Source: Thermoproteota archaeon
GTDB taxonomy: Archaea; Korarchaeota; Korarchaeia; Korarchaeales; Korarchaeaceae
Assembly: GCA_026986575.1 (NCBI GenBank)
Contig: JALSOH010000006.1
Coordinates: 32,001 to 96,000, forward strand
DNA: 64,000 nt
Direction: 5' to 3'
The notes under the pieces were generated by a model. The model had not been told where the DNA came from and made no database searches. It saw only the letters and a list, made by a program, of their open reading frames with translations. A program made the position numbers and the translations under genes. Below, piece after piece: positions 9,034 through 19,327 of this stretch. Position 1 is the stretch's first letter; each line of letters begins with the position of its first letter.

Positions 9034-9714
9034 ATGAATGCCATGTACGAGAAGAGAGTGGTCGCCAGAAAGGCGCTAGAGCTACTGAAAGAGGAGAAGG
9101 TCGAGTTACTCGGTCTTGGGTCCGGTACGACAGTAGCAACGTTCGTGGAGGAGCTTGCGAAAAGCGACCTGGGAGCCAAGATGAAGGTCATACCTTCATC
9201 CAGCCAGATAGAGGCCGAGGCTAGGAGACATGGATTGACTCTAGTGGGTCCTGAGTACGGAAGGCCGGATCTCACCATAGACGGGGCCGATGAGATAGAT
9301 GGTCAGCTCAACCTGCTCAAGGGAGGAGGAGGTGCTCTCGTCAGGGAGAAGATCTTGGCTACAAGCAGCGGCTACTACTTGGTTATAGCGGATCATTCCA
9401 AGGTGGTGAACAGGCTGTGCACTAAGAGGCCTTTACCGGTGGAGATCCTCCCTTACGGGTACTTATGGACAAAGGAGCTCATAGAAGATGCATTGAATGC
9501 AGAAGCTCAATTACGTTACCATGGAGACGGAATCTTCGTGTCGGACAACGGAAACTACATATTGGATGTACACTGCCAACCATTAGAGGAACCGGAATCG
9601 GTCGAAAAGCTCTTGAAGCTATATCCCGGAGTCGTGGAGGTGGGCATATTTACTGAACTGACGGATGAGGCCTTAGTAGCCTTCGGAGATGAGGTAAGGA
9701 GTTTCACCCCGTGA
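9034..9714 (+). CDS. rpiA: Ribose-5-phosphate isomerase A
   Basis: GLGSGTT, DGADE, KGGGGAL.REK. Confidence 0.96.
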   Translation: MNAMYEKRVVARKALELLKEEKVELLGLGSGTTVATFVEELAKSDLGAKMKVIPSSSQIEAEARRHGLTLVGPEYGRPDLTIDGADEIDGQLNLLKGGGGALVREKILATSSGYYLVIADHSKVVNRLCTKRPLPVEILPYGYLWTKELIEDALNAEAQLRYHGDGIFVSDNGNYILDVHCQPLEEPESVEKLLKLYPGVVEVGIFTELTDEALVAFGDEVRSFTP

Positions 9715-9750
9715 AGCCACCCTTTTTATTTCGATCTTGGTGACTGTTGG

Positions 9751-10073
9751 TGGGCGGTGGGGTAGGGCTGGGGGAGTAGCCGTCCCCTGAACCGGAAGGC
9801 TAATGCCGGGGCCAGTAACCCCCGGGGGCGGTAGCGGGTAGGGAGCCCTCCCCTCTCCCTTGGACCGATGATCCTTGGCGCTGGCGGGCCGCCGGTGGGG
9901 TATCCCCGTCCGGAGGGGCGGGGTGAGCCCCTTTACCACCGAAACGGGTCAGGCCCGGAAGGGAGCAGCCCTAAGGTGGACGGTCGGCGCTGCCAGTGTG
10001 CTGGGGTGAGCGTCTGAGGGAGAATGAGGGGGCTCCCGAACCCGCCATCCACCCTGGGGGAGCCCACCGCCCA
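9751..10073 (+). ncRNA. ffs: Archaeal SRP RNA (7S)
   Basis: Helix 8 GGGTCAGGCCCGGAAGGGAGCAGCCC; complementary termini TGGGCGGTGGG/CCCACCGCCCA; high GC, ~320 nt; TTTTTATT promoter upstream. Confidence 0.95.
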
Positions 10074-10087
10074 AAATAAAATAGAGA

Positions 10088-10315
10088 TCAGATGAGCTGG
10101 ACCTCGGTTCCGTCCTCCTTGATCTCATATATGTGTATTATGTTGACGGGGCAGGCCTGAGCCGCCTCCATGTTGCAACCGAGGTCGTCAAGCTCCGTCT
10201 TTATCGGGCTAGCTAGCCCGTCGTCCTCGATCACCCAGTTGTCCGGGCAAAGAGAGGCACAAACTCCATCGGCTATGCAGGACTCCCTATCATGGACTAT
10301 CTTGTACTTAGCCAT
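10088..10315 (-). CDS. Monocluster ferredoxin (Pyrococcus type, Asp ligand)
   Basis: CIADGVCASLCP...CPV; ATG at 10315 with GGGGGTG SD. Confidence 0.92.
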   Translation of the reverse strand: MAKYKIVHDRESCIADGVCASLCPDNWVIEDDGLASPIKTELDDLGCNMEAAQACPVNIIHIYEIKEDGTEVQLI

Positions 10316-10438
10316 ACCTAACACCCCCTAAGGGCGTGATAAGTGGGGGGAGATCCTATTTAACCTTTTTATGACAATAAGGAGAGCTGAATTACCCTAC
10401 TGGAGGGATTATCAGGCTAAAAATAGAATTTAAATTCG

Positions 10439-10888
10439 TTAACATGACCTACTCTCCAAAAATTTCTCGAATCTTTTCTTAAAATCATTTACGCACTCCT
10501 CTAGGAAGGACATCAGCATCGAAATGCGGAGGATTGTCTCATCGCCAACGCCGTGCTCCACCCAGCAAGCTTCCTCCCTGGCTTTCTTCTCTTCCATGCT
10601 TAAGATCTCCCTTAAAAACTTGTAAAACACCTCCTCCCTGTTAAGCGTGGAGGAGGCTATCCTCTCGCCCTCCGGGGTGAGGTCAATGTATCCATACTTC
10701 TCGTAATTGATCAATCCCAGGCCGGAAAGCCTCTTCGCAGCATCCGTGACGCTCGATAGCCTGACACCCATCTCCTCAGCCAATTCCTTCACCCTCACAA
10801 CTTTCTTTCCCTTCCTCTTGAGTCTGTAAATAGCGGTCAGGTATTCTTGGAGTCCGGGAGTTATCTCTTCCTCCTTACGATGGGTCAT
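10439..10888 (-). CDS. DtxR/MntR-family metal-dependent regulator
   Basis: EYLTAIY, ELAEEMGV...SV, LTPEG, EACWVEH. Confidence 0.9.
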   Translation of the reverse strand: MTHRKEEEITPGLQEYLTAIYRLKRKGKKVVRVKELAEEMGVRLSSVTDAAKRLSGLGLINYEKYGYIDLTPEGERIASSTLNREEVFYKFLREILSMEEKKAREEACWVEHGVGDETILRISMLMSFLEECVNDFKKRFEKFLESRSC

Positions 10889-10947
10889 TTCTAACCGAGG
10901 TTAAGCTTGGTGCAAGAATATTAAGATGGTCTCCCCAACACACTTGT

Positions 10948-11469
10948 ATGTCCGCCTCGGTTCCGGAGGAGCACAAGGCCAAGGCGCCCAAGTCGGTATC
11001 TTTCTCCCTATACATAGTGAGTACCTCCAGATCCTCTGGGAAGGGTAATGAGGACCTAACTGGAGAGCTCGCTGAGGGCTTAATCAAGAAGGCAGGTCAC
11101 AGACTGATCAGGAGGGAAATAATACCCGATAGACCTAGTGCTATCAGGGATGCCCTCCTCAAGGCAACCCACGATTCGGATGTCATAATATTCAGCGGAG
11201 GGACCGGACTGCATCCAACCGATGTAACCCCGGATACCGTGGAGCCTCTCTTAGAGAGGAAGATACCGGGGTTCGGGGAGCTGTTCAGATGGTTGAGCTA
11301 CGAACAGGTGAGCAGCGCGGCCATGGCAAGCAGAGCTTCCGCTGGGATCTTCAATGGGTCGCTGGTCTTCCTCCTACCTGGATCTCCAGATGGAGTGAAG
11401 CTCGCACTCACCAAACTCATACTCCCTGAGGCCGCTCATCTAGTGTACTTGGTTAGGGGCGATCACTAA
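10948..11469 (+). CDS. moaB: MoaB/MogA molybdopterin adenylyltransferase
   Basis: GGTG...DVTP, PGFGE, SRA, LPGS. Confidence 0.92.
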   Translation: MSASVPEEHKAKAPKSVSFSLYIVSTSRSSGKGNEDLTGELAEGLIKKAGHRLIRREIIPDRPSAIRDALLKATHDSDVIIFSGGTGLHPTDVTPDTVEPLLERKIPGFGELFRWLSYEQVSSAAMASRASAGIFNGSLVFLLPGSPDGVKLALTKLILPEAAHLVYLVRGDH

Positions 11470-13442
11470 CTCCAGATAACCTCTCCCATATCTTCTCCAG
11501 CAACTATTCCCTCCAGTGAGTTGATCTCCTCCCTCAACCTTGGATCTCTGAGCAGTTCCAAGAACCGATTCACCGGTTTGCTCCCCAAGGAACTGCCTTT
11601 TATTAGGAAATCGTAGTTCTCCTCAGCTAATTTGATGAAATCTAGGCCGTAGAGGGATGCAGCTGTCCTTATACCGATGCCTATATCTGCAATCCCGTGG
11701 TATACGGCTGCAGCGACGGCACTATGGGACTTAGCCTCGCTCCAGTAGCCCCTTATTCGTCTCCTAACCTCATCGAAGTTCAGGCCCAGCGACTCCGCCT
11801 CCCTCCTCAGAAGAGCGTCCAAGAGTATTCTAGTACCCGAACCTTTATTCCTATTGATAAACATGAGATTTTCTCTCTCTATGAGATCTCTTATGGATTT
11901 TACACCCTTAGGATTACCCTTGGGCAGAATGAGACCCTGCTCCCTGCTGTAGCCCCTTACGAGTATCGCCTTACCCTTGAATTGGTAGCTGTCCATGAAT
12001 GGAATGTTATAGGTCCAGCTATCCGGATCCAAAGCGTGAACCCCCGCTATATCTGCTTCTCTCCTGCTCACTGCTTTGAAGCCGCCGGTGGATCCTACAA
12101 AAACGGCCTTGACGTGGTATCCCTCCCTCCTCAGGTGAGATAGTATCCTTTCCAGCCCTAAGCAATGACTGCCCATGACTGAGACATCGGCTATCTTTGA
12201 TCCTTTGTATAGGTGGACCTCGACGACTTCACCCTCCTCTATTATCTCCTCGTTCTTCTCCATGATCACAAATCCATCCGCTCTGGAGAGCGTGGTTATT
12301 GCCTCTGAACCCGTGGGGACCGGGAAAGTGAGGTAGTGATCTCCTTCCCTTACTACATGGACTGGTAGCAGATCCTTCCTTCCCTTCTCCCCGAAGATCC
12401 TCTCAGCTGCGATCGCCTTTACGATGCCCCCACCCTCCTCCAACATACCACTCCACTTCCTTATGAGGGGGGAAATCAAGGATTGATAGATGGTCATCGC
12501 GCTGGTAGGGTATCCAGGGAGTCCTATAATGAGCTTTCCCCTTGATTCCGCTATAACAGTCGGCTTACCCGGATGTATGGCGATACCGTGAACTAGCACA
12601 CCGGGAGGTCCCAGCTCCTCGAGAATCCGGTACATCACATCCCCAGCGCCCACGCTGGTGCTGCCAGAGAGTATCACCATATCGAACCTATCCAAGGCGT
12701 CCTCCAATGCCCTCTTTATGGCGTCGTAATTATCGGGGAGTATGCCGAGTCTCTCTGGAATGCCGCCGTCCTCAACTATGGAGGTGAACACCGTGAAGGA
12801 ATTGACGTCATATATCTTCCCGAAGTCAAGCGGTTCGCCCGGTTGGACTATCTCATCACCCGTCGAGAATATCCCCACCTTAGGAGGAGAGTAGACCTTC
12901 ACCTTCGTCCGGCCAACAGCGGCCAGTACTCCTATCTCACGTGAGGACAGGAGTGTGTCGGAATAGATGACCGTCTCTCCTCTTCTTATATCAGATCCAG
13001 CCCCGTGGATGTTCTCTCCCGGAGATATGGCCCTGAAAACGAGGAGCGAGTCTCCTTCCCTGACTGTATGCTCCTCCATGACCACAGCATTGGCCCCCTT
13101 GGGGATGGGGGCTCCCGTAGCTATCTCCACTGCCTCCCCCTCATCAACGATACCTAGGAAGGGATGGCCAGCCGCAGCCTTACCGATGACCCTCAGCTTA
13201 GCTGGACGATCCTCATCAACCCAGAAGGTGTCTTCCGCCCTCAGAGCGTAGCCGTCAACGGCCGCACGGTCGAACCCCGGTACATCCACATCCGATATCA
13301 CGTCTTCAGCTACCACCCTCCCCAGAGCAACTTCAATGGGAACCTCCTCGATGTTCTTGGGTCTGGAATAACTGAGCAAGAGGTTTAGAACCTCCCCAAA
13401 CTCCCTGAGCTCCCTGAAGACCTTCCTCATAGCTTGAGCCAC
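11466..13442 (-). CDS. moeA: MoeA fused to C-terminal periplasmic-binding (molybdate/tungstate) domain
   Basis: PGFDRAAVDGYA, TGDE, PGKP, LPGYP; C-terminal VGSTGG, NRNKGSGTR. Confidence 0.92.
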   Translation of the reverse strand: MAQAMRKVFRELREFGEVLNLLLSYSRPKNIEEVPIEVALGRVVAEDVISDVDVPGFDRAAVDGYALRAEDTFWVDEDRPAKLRVIGKAAAGHPFLGIVDEGEAVEIATGAPIPKGANAVVMEEHTVREGDSLLVFRAISPGENIHGAGSDIRRGETVIYSDTLLSSREIGVLAAVGRTKVKVYSPPKVGIFSTGDEIVQPGEPLDFGKIYDVNSFTVFTSIVEDGGIPERLGILPDNYDAIKRALEDALDRFDMVILSGSTSVGAGDVMYRILEELGPPGVLVHGIAIHPGKPTVIAESRGKLIIGLPGYPTSAMTIYQSLISPLIRKWSGMLEEGGGIVKAIAAERIFGEKGRKDLLPVHVVREGDHYLTFPVPTGSEAITTLSRADGFVIMEKNEEIIEEGEVVEVHLYKGSKIADVSVMGSHCLGLERILSHLRREGYHVKAVFVGSTGGFKAVSRREADIAGVHALDPDSWTYNIPFMDSYQFKGKAILVRGYSREQGLILPKGNPKGVKSIRDLIERENLMFINRNKGSGTRILLDALLRREAESLGLNFDEVRRRIRGYWSEAKSHSAVAAAVYHGIADIGIGIRTAASLYGLDFIKLAEENYDFLIKGSSLGSKPVNRFLELLRDPRLREEINSLEGIVAGEDMGEVIWS

Positions 13443-14668
13443 CTCCTATAAACGAGCACATCCACCTCACTGCCAGCCTCGTATCCTTCCACATCCTCTG
13501 GCACCACCACAAAGCCATCGGCTTGGGTAAGCGAGGAGATTATTCCCGAACCACCGACCCTCACGGGCGTAGCTAGTAAGGCATCGCTCTCCCGCCTGAG
13601 CTTGACCCTCACATAATGTCTGACGCCAGGTCGTGAAGCTATCCTCCTGTCCAGACGAGCCCTGACCCTCAGCCACTGGAAAATCCCTTCCACGCCTGAA
13701 ATCCTCGCTAATACCGGGAGGAGCACCTCCATGGCCGCGACCATGGCCGCAACAGGGCTCCCTGGAAGTCCTACCAAGGGGGTTCCGTCGATCATAGCTA
13801 GGAGAGTGGGTTTTCCTGGCATCATGCTCAATCCGTGGAACATTATCTCCCCACCCAAGGACCTCACGATCTTGGGAACTAGGTCCCTCTCTCCGACGCT
13901 GGTGCCAGCTATCGTGACTATCAGATCTCCATCCATTCCCCTCTCAACCATTTCCCTTAGCTCCCCCTCATCGTCCTTAGCTATACCCAAGTATCTAGGA
14001 ACGGCTAGATCCAAGACCATCGACTCTATGGCATACCTGTTGGAGTTGACTATTCTACCCTTGCCGAGAGGAGATCCAAGCTCCACAAGCTCGCTTCCCG
14101 TACTGATTATCGAGACCGTAGGCTTCTTGAACACTCTCACCTCAGTAATGTTCAGGGAGGCCAAGAGGAGCATTTCGAACGGACCTATAACAGTACCCCT
14201 CATCAGAACGGTATCCCCTCTCGACACATCGCTGCCCTTCCTGTCTACGTTAGCACCAGGAGGAACCTGCCTTATTATCTCTACATGATCTCCCGATCTC
14301 CTCGAGAACTCCAGCGGTACTACTGCATCAGCCCCATCAGGTAAGTAAGCGCCGGTGGCTATTTCCACTGCTTCTCCCTCCCTTATACTCACCTCCGACT
14401 CGTCTCCGGGCCTGAGCCTCCCAATCACCTTCAACACAACCGGATTAGACGCTGTCGCGCCGAAAGTGTCGGATGATCTGACCGCGTAACCATCGAAAGC
14501 GGCCCTATGGAAAGGAGGGATGTCAATAGGAGAGATCACATCCTCTGCTAGAACTCGCTTTCTTGCCTCATTTAAGGCGACCTCCTCGGGCGAGGTTGGG
14601 TGAAGATAGGTTAGGTAGATAGCAAGCGCCTGTCCTACGGGAGTTAGCCTCTTGAAGATGTGGGTCAT
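13427..14668 (-). CDS. moeA: Molybdopterin molybdotransferase MoeA
   Basis: PPFHRAAFDGYA, STGSEL, PGKP, LPGSP. Confidence 0.93.
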   Translation of the reverse strand: MTHIFKRLTPVGQALAIYLTYLHPTSPEEVALNEARKRVLAEDVISPIDIPPFHRAAFDGYAVRSSDTFGATASNPVVLKVIGRLRPGDESEVSIREGEAVEIATGAYLPDGADAVVPLEFSRRSGDHVEIIRQVPPGANVDRKGSDVSRGDTVLMRGTVIGPFEMLLLASLNITEVRVFKKPTVSIISTGSELVELGSPLGKGRIVNSNRYAIESMVLDLAVPRYLGIAKDDEGELREMVERGMDGDLIVTIAGTSVGERDLVPKIVRSLGGEIMFHGLSMMPGKPTLLAMIDGTPLVGLPGSPVAAMVAAMEVLLPVLARISGVEGIFQWLRVRARLDRRIASRPGVRHYVRVKLRRESDALLATPVRVGGSGIISSLTQADGFVVVPEDVEGYEAGSEVDVLVYRRWLKL

Positions 14669-14727
14669 CGAGGGAAGGGCGTGTTAATCTATAAATTAGC
14701 TTTCGCCCACATTCGGGAGGATGCACT

Positions 14728-15543
14728 TTGGCGGAGGATAAGGAAGCGCCGCTGCAGGAACACATCATCGAGCTGCTTGAGAGGTTGAGGAGGGTGCTAA
14801 TAGCCCTCATAATAACCTCAGGCATTGTGGTTGTGATTCCCTCTCAGCTGATAGAGTGGAAGTGGGATGGATACACTCCCTTAGTGTTTTACGTGATGAA
14901 GAAAATGCAGGAGGATCTCACCAACGTCCATAACCCAGTAGTGGAGCCTATAGCTTCCTTTTTCGGGATAAAGGAGCTCCCTGTGGAACTCATAGCCCAT
15001 AGCTGGCTGGATTCCATAGAAGTAATCCTCCAGCTCTCCCTCCTGATGGGTTTAGTTATAGCATCTCCTTACGTAGCTAAGCAGATTTACGAGTACTTGG
15101 AGCCAGCTCTCGAAGAGAGAGAAAAGAGGGTGCTCGTTCCGTTTTCACTCCTCTTCTTCCTGTTATTCGCTTTGGGTGTCGTGTACGCGTACTTCGTTAT
15201 CCTCCCATTGACGTTCTTCTTCCTCTCTTGGCTTTACCTCTTGGGTGGAGTTAAGCTCATATTCTCCGTCAAGGAGTTCTACTCTTTCGCCATAGTGGGG
15301 ATGCTCACTACCGGGCTATCGTTCACCTTCCCTCTAGTGGTTGCTTTGGCATCTTACTTGGACATAATAACCCCGGACACCCTGAAGAAGAACTGGAGGT
15401 ACGTGGTGTTCGTGATAATGGTCGTGACCGCCATAATAACTCCAGATCCCACTCCAGTCTCCATGATAGCGCTGGCTATCCCCTTCCTAGCGCTGTACGT
15501 GCTCTCCTATCTGCTGGCCAAGAAAATGCATAAGAAAAGCTGA
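14728..15543 (+). CDS. tatC: Twin-arginine translocase TatC
   Basis: EHIIELLERL, PAL...E, AIITPDPTPVS; six TM helices. Confidence 0.93.
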   Translation: MAEDKEAPLQEHIIELLERLRRVLIALIITSGIVVVIPSQLIEWKWDGYTPLVFYVMKKMQEDLTNVHNPVVEPIASFFGIKELPVELIAHSWLDSIEVILQLSLLMGLVIASPYVAKQIYEYLEPALEEREKRVLVPFSLLFFLLFALGVVYAYFVILPLTFFFLSWLYLLGGVKLIFSVKEFYSFAIVGMLTTGLSFTFPLVVALASYLDIITPDTLKKNWRYVVFVIMVVTAIITPDPTPVSMIALAIPFLALYVLSYLLAKKMHKKS

Positions 15544-15577
15544 AAGCTGAGAATACGGCGAAAAGTTGAATGAGGGG

Positions 15578-15880
15578 TTACTCCTCCGACCCCTTCTTCT
15601 TAGCTGCTAGGGCCTTTATCTCCTCCATGAGCTCCTCGTCAGTCTTACCGGTGACATCTATCCCTAGGCTCAAGGCGAGCTCTCTGATCTCACTGCTGCT
15701 TTTCTTGGTCTTCTCCTCCTTCTCCTCCTTTGAGGTGACTCCGCTGCTGGCCTTCCTGAATTCGTTTATAGCCTCACCCATGGATCTAGCTAGCTCCGGG
15801 AGCCTCCTGGGCCCGAAGAGAAGTAGAGCGATCACTATAATTATCAGGAGCTCAGTCCAGCCTATAGGCCCGAACTGCAT
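15578..15880 (-). CDS. tatA: Twin-arginine translocase TatA
   Basis: IGWTELLIII...LLFGPRRLPELARSMGEAINEFRK; start ATG 15880 or 15904. Confidence 0.92.
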   Translation of the reverse strand: MQFGPIGWTELLIIIVIALLLFGPRRLPELARSMGEAINEFRKASSGVTSKEEKEEKTKKSSSEIRELALSLGIDVTGKTDEELMEEIKALAAKKKGSEE

Positions 15881-16034
15881 TAGCTTAAGGGTCAAGCCTG
15901 CCATTCCAGAGAGCAAAGCATCACCCGAACCATACTCCACATAACACATATATCTCTTTTTCTCCAATGGAGTAGCCGCCACAGTTCCTAAGCGTCTCCC
16001 TAGACAACGACCTATATACAGTCAAATTTTTTGT

Positions 16035-17066
16035 ATGCTCCCTCGAGTGGAGGAGATGCGTATAATCCTGATGGGTATGGGAGTCGTGGGACAAGCATTC
16101 TTGGAGCTGCTTGAGCTTGAAAAGGCAGATCTGTACAGGAAATACGGCCTCCATCCTGTGGTGGTGGCAGCGGCGGACTCTAAGTCAATGGTATACAATT
16201 CTAGGGGATTGGATGTACGGAGGCTCCTGAACCACAAGAGGTCCAAAGGAACTTTGCACGGCTTTCCCGATGAGGTTAGAGGTATGGACTTGGTGAGAGA
16301 TGTGGAGGCGGAGGTCGTTATCGAGGTCACGCCATCCAACTTCAGGACCGGAGAACCAGGGATCTCACACCTCAGGTCGGCACTTCAGACCGGTAAACAC
16401 GTTATAACAGCAAACAAAGGTCCTCTAGCTCTAGAAATGCCCGCACTAGTGGAGATGTTTCAGCACAAGGGTCTAAGGCTTCTCTTCAGCGGGACGGTTG
16501 GAGGAGGTACTCCCTTCCTCAGATTCGTTGGAAAGTGCCTGTCCGGCGAGAAGATAATATCGATAAGGGGAGTAATTAACGGAACCACGAATTACATACT
16601 CAACCGGATGGAGGACAGAATATCTTTCCAAGAGGCGCTGAGGGAGGCTCAAGAGAAGGGATACGCCGAGGCGGATCCGAGCAACGATGTGGATGGGTGG
16701 GACTCCGCTGCCAAACTCGTTATACTCTCGAATTGGGCCATGGATCTAGGCGTGACGCTGAAGGACGTGTCCGTCCGTGGCATCAGAGATGTGGAGATAA
16801 CGGAGGACATGCTCTCCAGAGGAAAGACCGTCAGGTTGATAGCCACAGCCGATGAATCCGGCCTCAGAGTCCAGCCCGAGGAGATCGACAGGAGGGATCC
16901 ACTGGTGGTTCCAGGCGCCCTGAACGCCGTCTCCTTCATCGCGGAGATATCCGGGAGACACACCTTGATAGGCAAGGGAGCGGGTGGAAAGGAAACCGCC
17001 GCCGCCCTGATGAGGGATCTGGTGGAACTGAAGATGTACTTGGGAGGTGTCGAGTCTTGCTCATAA
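16035..17066 (+). CDS. hom: Homoserine dehydrogenase
   Basis: GMGVVG, TANKGP, NGTTNYIL, GYAEADP, GAGG.ETA. Confidence 0.95.
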   Translation: MLPRVEEMRIILMGMGVVGQAFLELLELEKADLYRKYGLHPVVVAAADSKSMVYNSRGLDVRRLLNHKRSKGTLHGFPDEVRGMDLVRDVEAEVVIEVTPSNFRTGEPGISHLRSALQTGKHVITANKGPLALEMPALVEMFQHKGLRLLFSGTVGGGTPFLRFVGKCLSGEKIISIRGVINGTTNYILNRMEDRISFQEALREAQEKGYAEADPSNDVDGWDSAAKLVILSNWAMDLGVTLKDVSVRGIRDVEITEDMLSRGKTVRLIATADESGLRVQPEEIDRRDPLVVPGALNAVSFIAEISGRHTLIGKGAGGKETAAALMRDLVELKMYLGGVESCS

Positions 17067-18439
17067 TGAAGTTCGGGGGGTCCATACTCGAGGGAGCTGG
17101 GGACCTCCAATCCATAGCGGACTATCTGAAGGGAGCGCTGGAGGAGGAGAGGATAGTAGCCGTAATCTCCGCCCTTAAGGGAGTCACTGACCATCTACTC
17201 AAGATCGGCGAGCTAGCTGCGTTAGGAGACGAGCTTGCAGTCATGAAAGAGCTACAATCTCTGAGTGAGAAGCACCTGAGTATATGTGAAGACTTGGGGC
17301 TGACTTGTCAAGCTGTCAGGAAGGAGTTGGAGAAGCTTGAGAAGATAGTAATAGGGATAACTTACATCGGGGAGATTACACCCAGATTGAGAGATCTCAT
17401 AGCTTCCATGGGAGAGAACCTATCTGGAAGTATCCTGTCTGAGCTGCTCCGTAAGAAGGGCGTTAAATCTAGGTTTCTAACGGGAGGAGAGGCCGGTATA
17501 GTCACGGATGACTCTCATGGCGAGGCCAATCCGCTCCTCAAAGCCACTCGCGTTTATGTGAGGAGCAGGCTCCTCCCACTACTCGAAGACACACTGCCTG
17601 TCGTGGCTGGCTTCTCTGGGCTCTCCCAAGAGGGTAGAGTCACGACTTTGGGGCGAGGAGGGAGTGATCTGACTGCGGTCCTCCTCGGATCCTCTTTGGG
17701 GTCTAGGGAGGTTTGGCTCTGGACTAATGTGGACGGTCTACTTACCGCTGACCCGAGGATAGTTAAGGATGCCCGTCTGATCAAACAGGTCTCTTACAGG
17801 GAAGCCATAGAGCTAGCGTACTTCGGTGCGAAGAGGATGCATCCTAGGTTCTTGGAGCCGGCTATGGTGACCTCCACTCCTGTGAGGATAAGGAACTTCC
17901 GTAACATGAGCTCTCCCGGCACCCTCATTTCCAGCAGGGAGGTAAGGAGCAGAGAGGTGGTTAAGGCCGTGGGTCTGAGAAGAGGAGTATCTATAATAAC
18001 AGTCAGGGGTGTCGGGATGATCGGGCGTCCCGGAACGGCCGGTCGGCTGTTCTCACTCTTGGGGGACAATGGGCTCAATGTGCTTATGATCTCCCAGAGC
18101 ATCTCAGAGTCGGACATCTCGATAGTCCTAGAGGCCGAGGAGGCCGAGAGGGCGAGGGGTATAATGGAAGCTAGGCTCTTAGGGCCCATATTCAAAGAGG
18201 TCCTCTTGGATAGGGGGTGCTCTGTAGTGGCCGCTATAGGATCTGGGATGAGGGGCACTCCCGGTGTCGCTTCTCGCATCTTCGGAGCAGTCTCCGCAAG
18301 GGAAATAAACGTGAAGATGATAGCTCAGGGATCCTCGGAGGTCAATATATCGTTCGTGGTCGACGAAACCGATGGAGAAGAGGCTGTGAGGGCATTGCAC
18401 GACGAATTCGAGCTGGGGAAGGAAGGAGAGGATCTCTGA
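17057..18439 (+). CDS. lysC: Aspartate kinase with ACT domains
   Basis: MKFGGS, TTLGRGGSD, TADPR, two ACT domains. Confidence 0.95.
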   Translation: MLIMKFGGSILEGAGDLQSIADYLKGALEEERIVAVISALKGVTDHLLKIGELAALGDELAVMKELQSLSEKHLSICEDLGLTCQAVRKELEKLEKIVIGITYIGEITPRLRDLIASMGENLSGSILSELLRKKGVKSRFLTGGEAGIVTDDSHGEANPLLKATRVYVRSRLLPLLEDTLPVVAGFSGLSQEGRVTTLGRGGSDLTAVLLGSSLGSREVWLWTNVDGLLTADPRIVKDARLIKQVSYREAIELAYFGAKRMHPRFLEPAMVTSTPVRIRNFRNMSSPGTLISSREVRSREVVKAVGLRRGVSIITVRGVGMIGRPGTAGRLFSLLGDNGLNVLMISQSISESDISIVLEAEEAERARGIMEARLLGPIFKEVLLDRGCSVVAAIGSGMRGTPGVASRIFGAVSAREINVKMIAQGSSEVNISFVVDETDGEEAVRALHDEFELGKEGEDL

Positions 18440-18486
18440 GTCCTTCCTAGAAAACTTATATTTGGTGAGCCATCATCTCATGCTTG

Positions 18487-18562
18487 GCCCCGGTAGCTCA
18501 GTTGGCAGAGCGGCCGCCTTGTAAGCGGCAGGTCGGGGGTTCGAGACCCCCCCGGGGCTCCA
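18487..18562 (+). tRNA. tRNA-Thr(TGT)
   Basis: GCCGC-CT-TGT-AA-GCGGC anticodon arm; encoded CCA. Confidence 0.95.
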
Positions 18563-19327
18563 TCACAGCTCTACCATATCCTCGATCTCTACTCTCCTGA
18601 CGACCTCACGGATCCCGGCTACGATCGAGTACTCCCTATTTAGACCCTCTATCCGGTGCTTATTCACCAAAACGGTTCCTCCTGCCTCCTTAACCATCAG
18701 AAGGCCGGCTGCTAGATCCACTATTCTCAGGTCCCCTCTGAGATCAATGAGAGCGTCTATCCGACCCTCTGCCACCAGAGATAAGCCTAAGGCAACAGAT
18801 CCCAAATCCCTCCTCGCTATATGCTTGAATCCCAGCCTCTCCTTGGTTACTGGGTCGTTCCTTTGACAAGGTGAGTAGATGACCGGTGTACCCCTGAAGT
18901 CTCTCACTCTCACCCTGTTCCCGTTCTTGAAGGCACCTCTTCCCTTGATGGCGTGATATAGGTTTCCCCTGAATAGGTCCAGTAGAACCGCCATCTCGAG
19001 ATCCTTCAGCGAGTATGAGGAGGAATAGGCCACGGAGACGCAGGCGAAAGGAATTCCCCTGTCGGCATTGGAACTACCGTCCACGGGATCGATGAGGATA
19101 ATTCCCCTCTCTCGTCCCTCGATAAGTCCGCTCTCCTCGCTGAGGATGCTCGGATGTCTTTCCCTCTCCTCTAACCATACAGAGAGAGCCTCCTGCGCTG
19201 CCTCGTCCACTGCCCTAGCGGTATCCCCTCCAGCGCTAACGTAGGAATATTCCCTGTCCGCTCCTATGAAGGGAAGGGCCTTCTCCTTTATTTTCAGGGC
19301 GAGGTCAACTAGCTCCCTTAGATCTAT
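18563..19327 (-). CDS. suhB: Inositol monophosphatase/FBPase (start probably non-canonical ATA at 19327; first canonical start is GTG 19210)
   Basis: SEE, IDPVDGS.N, R.LGS.AL, D.AAG motifs. Confidence 0.88.
   Translation of the reverse strand: MDLRELVDLALKIKEKALPFIGADREYSYVSAGGDTARAVDEAAQEALSVWLEERERHPSILSEESGLIEGRERGIILIDPVDGSSNADRGIPFACVSVAYSSSYSLKDLEMAVLLDLFRGNLYHAIKGRGAFKNGNRVRVRDFRGTPVIYSPCQRNDPVTKERLGFKHIARRDLGSVALGLSLVAEGRIDALIDLRGDLRIVDLAAGLLMVKEAGGTVLVNKHRIEGLNREYSIVAGIREVVRRVEIEDMVEL

Noticed and set aside
9673-9939. 88-aa minus-strand ORF / GC-rich island as a novel RNA
   Set aside because: Explained by the SRP RNA
10893-10904. TAACC-GA-GGTTA dyad at the DtxR gene start
   Set aside because: Only 5-bp arms; too weak to call an operator
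11466-14668. Tandem moeA genes and MoeA-PBP fusion
   Set aside because: Common known archaeal arrangement
14728-15904. Convergent tatC/tatA
   Set aside because: Unusual orientation but no functional implication visible
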